A stretch of DNA of 14,503 nt from Desulfurella sp. (lineage in GTDB: Bacteria; Campylobacterota_A; Desulfurellia; Desulfurellales; Desulfurellaceae): assembly GCA_031960885.1 (NCBI GenBank), contig JAVRLY010000032.1, forward strand, positions 1 to 14,503, given 5' to 3'. Below, piece by piece: positions 1-5,658 of the stretch. The translations under genes were made by a program, and so were the position numbers. The notes beneath the pieces were generated by a model, which was not told the DNA's origin, searched no databases, and was given only the letters and a program-made list of their open reading frames with translations. The stretch's first letter is position 1. Every line of letters starts with the position of its first letter.

Positions 1-755
1 GTAGGCTTCAAATTGACGAACAACTGATGCAGGAATTGGTCGCAATGAAAAATACTATACACCCAAATGAAATCCTGCTTGTAGTAGATAGCATGATTGG
101 TCAAGAAGCTGTAAATATTGCAAAAAAATTTGACGATGATGTAGGCATAAGTGGACTAATCTTTACCAAAATGGACGCTGATGCCAGAGGCGGGGCTCTG
201 CTTTCTGTTAAATATATCGTGGACAAGCCCATAAAATTTATTGGGGTTGGTGAAAAAATATCTGACTTAGAACAGTTTTACCCAGATAGAATAGCTTCAA
301 GAATATTGGGCATGGGCGATATATTAACTTTGATTGAACAGGCAAAAACTCAAATAGATGAGAAAGAACAAAAGCAATTAGAGCGCAAACTCAAAAAGAA
401 TCAATTTACACTTGATGATTTCTTAAACCAATTAAAAAAGATTCAAAAAATGGGTTCAATTACAAGTATTATAAAAATGATACCTGGATTAAATAAGATT
501 AAACTTGCAAACAGTAACGAATTTGAATTTGAGTTGAAAAAAATTACAGCCATTATTCAATCAATGACAAAAAAGGAAAAAGATAACTATAAAATTATAG
601 ATGCAAGTAGAAAAAGGCGCATAGCAAAAGGTAGTGGCACTGATGTTCAAAGCGTGAATAAACTACTAAAACAGTTTGAAGAAATGAATAAAATGATGAA
701 AGGTCTTGATAAAAACAAAGCTTTGCATATAATGAAAAATCTTGGTAGAATGTAA
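1..755 (+). CDS. ffh: Signal recognition particle protein Ffh (SRP54), C-terminal part; gene starts upstream of the window
   Basis: The frame is open back to the window edge (RLQIDEQLMQEL, the end of the DTAGRLQID motif). Contains TKMDADARGG, PIKFIGVGEK, DRIASRILGMGD and a Met-rich M domain with SRKRRIAKGSG. Confidence 0.98.
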   Translation, partial: RLQIDEQLMQELVAMKNTIHPNEILLVVDSMIGQEAVNIAKKFDDDVGISGLIFTKMDADARGGALLSVKYIVDKPIKFIGVGEKISDLEQFYPDRIASRILGMGDILTLIEQAKTQIDEKEQKQLERKLKKNQFTLDDFLNQLKKIQKMGSITSIIKMIPGLNKIKLANSNEFEFELKKITAIIQSMTKKEKDNYKIIDASRKRRIAKGSGTDVQSVNKLLKQFEEMNKMMKGLDKNKALHIMKNLGRM

Positions 756-769
756 ATGGAGGTTAAAAC

Positions 770-1006
770 GTGGTAGTTGTGAGATTGACCCGACTTGGCA
801 GAAAAAAAAGAGCTTTCTTTAGAATCGTGTGCATGGACTCAAGAAAAAAACGAGATAGCAGCGCATTGGATATTTTAGGTTACTACGATCCATTAAAATC
901 TGAAAACACATTCAAGCTAGACTTAGAAAAATACAACGCTTGGATAGCAAAAGGTGCAAAACCTACGCCAGCGATTGAAAATTTAGTAAAAACACTAAAG
1001 AGGTGA
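770..1006 (+). CDS. rpsP: 30S ribosomal protein S16
   Basis: [20 protein letters not shown]...DSRKKRD...LGYYDP...W..KGAKPT. GTG start with SD GGAGG at 758-762. Canonical position after ffh. Confidence 0.97.
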   Translation: MVVVRLTRLGRKKRAFFRIVCMDSRKKRDSSALDILGYYDPLKSENTFKLDLEKYNAWIAKGAKPTPAIENLVKTLKR

Positions 1007-1010
1007 CACA

Positions 1011-1241
1011 ATGAAAGAGCTAATTTCTTGCATCGCAAAACGACTAGTGGATAACCCTGACAAGGTTGATGTAAAACAAATTGATGGAGAAAAAACAACT
1101 GTTATTGAACTAAGAGTCGACCATTCGGATCTTGGTAAAGTAATTGGCAAACAGGGAAAAACAGCACGCGCTATGAGAACTCTATTGAATGCAGTATCTA
1201 CAAAAATGGGCAAAAAGGCGGTTTTAGAAATTTTAGAATAA
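1011..1241 (+). CDS. khpA: KH-domain RNA-binding protein KhpA (YlqC/UPF0109 family)
   Basis: [16 protein letters not shown]...[20 protein letters not shown] (KH GxxG loop). SD GAGGTG at 1000-1005. Canonical position after rpsP. Confidence 0.93.
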   Translation: MKELISCIAKRLVDNPDKVDVKQIDGEKTTVIELRVDHSDLGKVIGKQGKTARAMRTLLNAVSTKMGKKAVLEILE

Positions 1242-1251
1242 CATAATAAAA

Positions 1252-1914
1252 ATGAGGATTTACCTGTTGAGTATTTACCCTAATGTTTTTGAATCAGTAT
1301 TTGATGATGGTATATTAAAAAAAGCAAAGAAAACACATGCTGCAGAGTTTGAATTTGTTAACATCAGAGATTTTACAACAGACAAGCACAAAACCGTAGA
1401 TGATTGTGTATATGGTGGTGGCCCTGGCATGCTATTAAAGCCAGAGCCAATATTTAAAGCTATGGACTATGTAAAACTAAAAGATAAAGATGTGTTTACA
1501 GTCATATTAACGCCTGAAGGTACATTATTTACACAACAAAAGGCCAAAGAATACAGTAAAAAAGATTCTATCGCCTTTATTTGCGGCAGATACGAAGGGT
1601 TTGATGAAAGAGTGAAACTACTGGCTGACGAGAAAATATCAATAGGAAAATATATCATTAGCAGAGGAGAGCTAGCAGCAAGTGTTATAGTTGACGCTGT
1701 AGTAAGGCTATTGCCTAATGTATTGGGTAATGAAGATTCTCTGAAAGAAGAAAGCTACGAAGGTAATTTTATTGAATATCCTCAATACACAAGGCCAGCT
1801 GAATTTAGAGGTCTAAGAGTGCCAGAAGTTTTGCTCTCTGGTAATCATGCAATAATTGAAAAATGGCGCAAAGAAAATTCATTAAAGATACAAAAAGAGG
1901 TATGCGATGGATAA
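1252..1914 (+). CDS. trmD: tRNA (guanine37-N1)-methyltransferase TrmD
   Basis: [32 protein letters not shown], SIGxY...[32 protein letters not shown]. Confidence 0.97.
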   Translation: MRIYLLSIYPNVFESVFDDGILKKAKKTHAAEFEFVNIRDFTTDKHKTVDDCVYGGGPGMLLKPEPIFKAMDYVKLKDKDVFTVILTPEGTLFTQQKAKEYSKKDSIAFICGRYEGFDERVKLLADEKISIGKYIISRGELAASVIVDAVVRLLPNVLGNEDSLKEESYEGNFIEYPQYTRPAEFRGLRVPEVLLSGNHAIIEKWRKENSLKIQKEVCDG

Positions 1915-2254
1915 ATTAAAATTGTTTGAAAATGAGTTGATAAAACAAAAAGAAGTACCCAGTCTTCGCTCAGGCGATACAGTAAATGTGCACATTAAAA
2001 TAACAGAAGGTAAAAGGGAAAGAATCCAAATATTTAGCGGTGTCGTTATTTCACGAAGAGGCTCTGGTATAAACAAAACGTTTACTGTAAGAAAAGAATC
2101 TTATGGTGTGGGTGTTGAAAAAATTTTTCCACTTTATTCTCCAAGTATAGAAAAAATTGAAATTATATCGCGTGGTATAGTAAGAAGGGCAAAACTATAC
2201 TACTTAAGAGAGCGAAGAGGTAAATCTGCAAGAATCAAAAAGAAAATTACTTAA
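1907..2254 (+). CDS. rplS: 50S ribosomal protein L19
   Basis: [65 protein letters not shown] at 1897-1901. Confidence 0.98.
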   Translation: MDKLKLFENELIKQKEVPSLRSGDTVNVHIKITEGKRERIQIFSGVVISRRGSGINKTFTVRKESYGVGVEKIFPLYSPSIEKIEIISRGIVRRAKLYYLRERRGKSARIKKKIT

Positions 2255-2594
2255 TCTACTTTTTGGTCAAAAATGTGAACAAATCGCCGCTAAATATCTG
2301 CAAAAAAGTGGGTATGTAATATTAGCGCGCAATTTCAAATATAGAGGCGGTGAAATTGATATAATTGCCAAAAAAGATTCGAGGTTGGTGTTTGTAGAAG
2401 TAAAAGGACGTTCAAGTATACTGTTTGCAAGGGCAAAAGAAGCCGTAAATTACAAAAAACAAAAACGCATAAAAGATGGTTCAAAACTTTTTATGTTTCA
2501 AAATAATATGGATGAAAATGAATTTGATATTAGGTTTGATGTAATAACAATAGAAAACAACTCAATAGAATGGATAAAAAATGCCTTTACCTAA
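2226..2594 (+). CDS. yraN: YraN (UPF0102) family putative endonuclease; start uncertain (CTG at 2226 proposed; the supplied ORF from 2385 is N-terminally truncated)
   Basis: The frame upstream of 2385 reads [49 protein letters not shown], followed by RFDVI: the full YraN pattern. The frame is open from 2208 (TAA at 2205). CTG at 2226 follows GAGGT (2217-2221). Confidence 0.9.
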   Translation: MQESKRKLLNLLFGQKCEQIAAKYLQKSGYVILARNFKYRGGEIDIIAKKDSRLVFVEVKGRSSILFARAKEAVNYKKQKRIKDGSKLFMFQNNMDENEFDIRFDVITIENNSIEWIKNAFT

Positions 2595-3120
2595 AGGACA
2601 ATATTTAGTAAAAGATTTTATAGATATTACAATAGAAGACTCAAGTCAAATATCTGAGCAATTGATTGTCGTTTACAAAGAAAAACAGAAAATTTTTAAC
2701 TTCAAAGAACTAATTAATTTAATAGACGTAAAGGTCATGCTTGATATGCACTGCGTTGATGGCTGGAGTGTTCAAAATAATGAATTTGAAGGCGTAAGTC
2801 TATATAAAATAGCTGATATTTTGGGTGTTGATGAATTCAAATACATTGCACTGATATCAAGTGGAGGCTATAAAAGTTTTGTTTATAAAGATGATACAAT
2901 AGATAGTTTTGTATGCTTAAAGCTCAACAGTGAAATTCTAACTAAACCAAGAGGTTTTCCAATGAGATTTATCGCTCCAAAACTTTATGCTTATAAATGG
3001 GTAAAATATCTCCATCAAATAACATTTACAAACATACAACCCTATGGCTATTGGGAAGATAGAGGCTACAATGATAGAGCTAGGGTTGATTTGCAAGAGC
3101 GATTTAACAACAAACAATAA
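2581..3120 (+). CDS. Molybdopterin-dependent oxidoreductase, sulfite oxidase family (YuiH-like, single domain, no signal peptide)
   Basis: N-terminal LPKGQ, DMHCVDGWS (Mo-ligating Cys), FEGVSL, RGFPMRFIAPKLYAYKWVKYL, GYWEDRGY. Confidence 0.88.
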   Translation: MPLPKGQYLVKDFIDITIEDSSQISEQLIVVYKEKQKIFNFKELINLIDVKVMLDMHCVDGWSVQNNEFEGVSLYKIADILGVDEFKYIALISSGGYKSFVYKDDTIDSFVCLKLNSEILTKPRGFPMRFIAPKLYAYKWVKYLHQITFTNIQPYGYWEDRGYNDRARVDLQERFNNKQ

Positions 3121-3133
3121 GCTTTTAAAGCTT
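3119..3133. repeat. 15-bp inverted repeat AAGCTTT-T-AAAGCTT upstream of the dnaA promoter
   Basis: Perfect 7-bp arms around a 1-nt centre, read directly from the sequence. Function unknown. Confidence 0.6.
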
Positions 3134-3152
3134 TATACCAAACTCTACTTTA

Positions 3153-3180
3153 TTGACTTTTTGTGTTTTATAAATATAAT
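3153..3180 (+). promoter_or_regulatory. Sigma70-type promoter of dnaA
   Basis: -35 TTGACT (3153-3158), 16-nt spacer, perfect -10 TATAAT (3175-3180). Predicted +1 near 3187. Confidence 0.8.
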
Positions 3181-3186
3181 TTAAGC

Positions 3187-4440
3187 GTGTGGGATTTATT
3201 TCTAGAATCATTTAAAAAAAAACTCGATATCGATGATATTGAAACAATATCTTTAATTGAATCAAACAGTTTTAATAGTGAACTAATATCACTCACAATA
3301 CCCAGTGAAGAAGCAAGACAGCTTTTAAAATCAAAGTATCGCAAAGAATTTAAAGAAACTATTGAACAATTATTTGATAAGATACCAAAAATTGAATTTA
3401 TTATTAAAAAAGAGCTCAAATCAAACCTAAACCCCAGATATCAATTCTCTAATTTTGTGGTAGGCCCAAACAATCAACTAACATACGCAGCTAGTTATGC
3501 AGTATCAGAATCACTCGGAAAAGCTTATAACCCACTGTTTATATATGGAGGCGTAGGTCTTGGTAAAACCCATATCTTGCATGCAATTGGGAATCACATA
3601 AAAGAAAAAAACCAAAAAACAAAAGTGTTATATATATCAAGCGAGGAATTTACAAATGAGCTCATTAATTCCATACAGTACAAAAAAATGACTCAATTTA
3701 GAAATAAATTCAGAGAACTTGATTGTCTACTTATAGATGACATTCAATTTATATCAAAAAAGGAACGTACAGAAGAAGAGTTTTTTCATACATTTAATGC
3801 TTTATATGAAAATCAAAAACAGATAGTTATGACATCTGATAAGCCTCCAAGTGAAATTAAAGAAATAGAAGAGAGGTTAAAATCCCGTTTTAACTGGGGC
3901 CTTATTGTTGATATTCAACCACCTGAATTAGAAACACGCATTGCTATAATCAAAAAAAAAGCTGAAAATTATAACTTATATTTATCAGATGACATCGTGG
4001 AATTTTTAGCTAAAAACTTTGAATCAAATGTTAGAGAAATAGAAGGCGTAATAGTTAAAATCAATGCATACTCATCACTATTTAAACAAACTATTAACAT
4101 GGAATTTGTAGAAACTATTTTACAAGATGTAATAGAAAGAAAACAAAAAACGCTTAACGTAGAAAATATACAAGAAGTTGTGGCAAAATATTTCAATATA
4201 ACAAAAGATACCATGCTATCTGGAAAAAGAGACAAACATGTAATATTACCAAGAGAAATTGCAATTTTTCTATCAAGAAAACTTACCCAACATTCACTTT
4301 CTGAAATAAAAATAAAATTCAATATGAAATCTCACGCTACAATAATCAATGCATGTTCAAAAATTGAAAAAGAAATAGAAAAATCCACACAAATCAAAGA
4401 AACTGTACAAAAAATAGAAAACAGCATAAAAAATGTCTAA
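3187..4440 (+). CDS. dnaA: Chromosomal replication initiator protein DnaA (start revised to GTG 3187; MWDLFLESF...)
   Basis: LNPRYQFSNFVVG, YNPLFIYGGVGLGKTH (Walker A), LLIDDIQF (Walker B), EEFFHTFN, ERLKSRF, NVREIEG and a domain IV HTH. The supplied start 3163 lies inside the promoter spacer; GTG 3187 puts the conserved Trp at the N-terminus. Confidence 0.97.
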   Translation: MWDLFLESFKKKLDIDDIETISLIESNSFNSELISLTIPSEEARQLLKSKYRKEFKETIEQLFDKIPKIEFIIKKELKSNLNPRYQFSNFVVGPNNQLTYAASYAVSESLGKAYNPLFIYGGVGLGKTHILHAIGNHIKEKNQKTKVLYISSEEFTNELINSIQYKKMTQFRNKFRELDCLLIDDIQFISKKERTEEEFFHTFNALYENQKQIVMTSDKPPSEIKEIEERLKSRFNWGLIVDIQPPELETRIAIIKKKAENYNLYLSDDIVEFLAKNFESNVREIEGVIVKINAYSSLFKQTINMEFVETILQDVIERKQKTLNVENIQEVVAKYFNITKDTMLSGKRDKHVILPREIAIFLSRKLTQHSLSEIKIKFNMKSHATIINACSKIEKEIEKSTQIKETVQKIENSIKNV

Positions 4441-4587
4441 AATTCTTTTAAAAAATGTCAAAAATTGCACTAAGTCTACAACAAACAAAATACAATACAA
4501 AAACTTTTCAACATTATCGACAGACTTTTTAACAAAAAATTTTTCAATTTTAAGCTATAAAAATAAACAAAACATATATTTTAAACA
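4434..4587. promoter_or_regulatory. Array of six variant DnaA boxes, consensus TTWTNRACA
   Basis: Minus strand: TTTTAGACA (4434-4442), TTTTTGACA (4456-4464). Plus strand: TTTTCAACA (4505-4513), TTATCGACA (4514-4522), TTTTTAACA (4526-4534), TTTTAAACA (4579-4587). Each has a single mismatch to TTWTNCACA, always at position 6. Confidence 0.7.
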
Positions 4588-4599
4588 TAACATCATAGC

Positions 4600-4637
4600 T
4601 TATTATTATTACTGTATTTTATTTAATATAAATATTT
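4600..4637. promoter_or_regulatory. DnaA-trio array plus AT-rich DNA unwinding element
   Basis: TTA TTA TTA TTA CTG at 4600-4614 (bottom strand 3'-AAT-5' x4), preceded by GC at 4598-4599 and the box at 4579-4587, and followed by 23 consecutive A/T bases (4615-4637). Same order as the Bacillus subtilis basal unwinding system. Confidence 0.7.
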
Positions 4638-4650
4638 AGGAGTATGAAAT

Positions 4651-5658
4651 ATCATCAATAACAAACAAACACCAATATACCTAAGTAACATATCGATAAC
4701 AAATTTCAAAAATTATACACATTTTTATTCAATATTTAATCCACATATTAATATCATAAAAGGAAACAATGCTTCTGGAAAAACCAACTTATTAGATGCC
4801 ATACATATATTATTGAACTCTCATAGTTTTATCAAAAGAACTTTTTTAAACAAACAAAAACAAGCATCAATTAAAGGCAAAGTAATAAAAGATATTTCAT
4901 ATAATATAGCAATATACCTAAACGAAAACAAAAAATCATTAATCAACGCAAAAAATCATAATCTAAAAGATTTTAAATTATTATTTCCATCTGTAATTTT
5001 TTCAATAAAAGACTTTATTAACTTCAATGAAAAAAAATATTTATTATCATTATTAGATAAATTCACATTTGTAGAAAACCCAGATATCTTGCAAAATATC
5101 ATAAACACAATAAAACAAATAAAACTCAAAAAATACCTTTTTGAAAAAAAAGACTACTATACAATAAAAATTATAAACAAAAATATAGAAAAAAGCATAC
5201 AAATAATACAAAAAAATAGAGAACTATCAACCAAAAAACTCAATTCATATTTACAAACACAAAATATCATCACCAAAAACATTCAAATTACATATCAACC
5301 ATTTGCTTTTAATGAAAAAATAATAAATCTAGAACTACAATCAATGCACAATATATTTACACTATACAAAGACTCAATTGATATACTTCTTGACGAAAAC
5401 AATATTTTTAGTTATTCTTCAATAGGTGAAAAAAAAATGGTTTTGTTTTCTTTAATTATGTCTTTAATTAAACATTACAACAATTACAACAAATCACCAA
5501 TAATCTTAATTGATGATTTAGAAGGTGACATTTCAAATGTAAATTTAGAAAAAATGTTAGACAAATTAAAGCAACTAACAAATCAAATATTTATAACAAC
5601 ACTTGAAAACATAAAAATCAAAGATGCAAGTGTAATCTTACTAAGTGAGGGAATATGA
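4651..5658 (+). CDS. recF: DNA replication/repair protein RecF, highly divergent; start uncertain (ATC 4651 or ATA 4675; the supplied start 4813 omits Walker A)
   Basis: The frame upstream of 4813 reads IYLSNISITNFKNY...FNPHINIIKGNNASGKTNLLDAI (RecF N-terminus and Walker A). The C-terminal part has SSIGEKK (ABC-signature-like), PIILIDD (Walker B) and QIFITT. Lies between dnaA and gyrB. Confidence 0.8.
   Translation: MINNKQTPIYLSNISITNFKNYTHFYSIFNPHINIIKGNNASGKTNLLDAIHILLNSHSFIKRTFLNKQKQASIKGKVIKDISYNIAIYLNENKKSLINAKNHNLKDFKLLFPSVIFSIKDFINFNEKKYLLSLLDKFTFVENPDILQNIINTIKQIKLKKYLFEKKDYYTIKIINKNIEKSIQIIQKNRELSTKKLNSYLQTQNIITKNIQITYQPFAFNEKIINLELQSMHNIFTLYKDSIDILLDENNIFSYSSIGEKKMVLFSLIMSLIKHYNNYNKSPIILIDDLEGDISNVNLEKMLDKLKQLTNQIFITTLENIKIKDASVILLSEGI

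Larger units (their letters stand above)
4434..4637. other. oriC: Probable replication origin oriC (dnaA-recF intergenic region)
   Basis: The only long intergenic gap in the window, directly downstream of dnaA. It contains a cluster of DnaA-box-like 9-mers, then a TTA-repeat (DnaA-trio) array and a pure A/T tract. Confidence 0.8.

Noticed and set aside
2236..2245. CAAAAAGAAA at the end of rplS as a -1 frameshift site into yraN
   Set aside because: It reads C_AAA_AAG rather than A_AAA_AAG, and yraN is in the +1 frame relative to rplS, not -1.
3163..3186. Supplied dnaA start at GTG 3163
   Set aside because: It lies between the -35 and -10 elements of the promoter, has no SD, and adds residues ahead of the conserved N-terminal Trp.
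4434..4461. Antisense promoter into dnaA using the minus-strand TTGACA at 4456-4461
   Set aside because: There is no acceptable -10 hexamer at 16-18 nt spacing (best is TAGACA). The TTGACA is better explained as part of a DnaA box.
4433..4639. 68-aa ORF MSKILLKNVK...YYYYC in the dnaA-recF spacer
   Set aside because: It has no recognisable motif, and its sequence is explained by origin elements (YYYY is the TTA/TAT trio repeat). Probably a chance frame, though not formally excluded.
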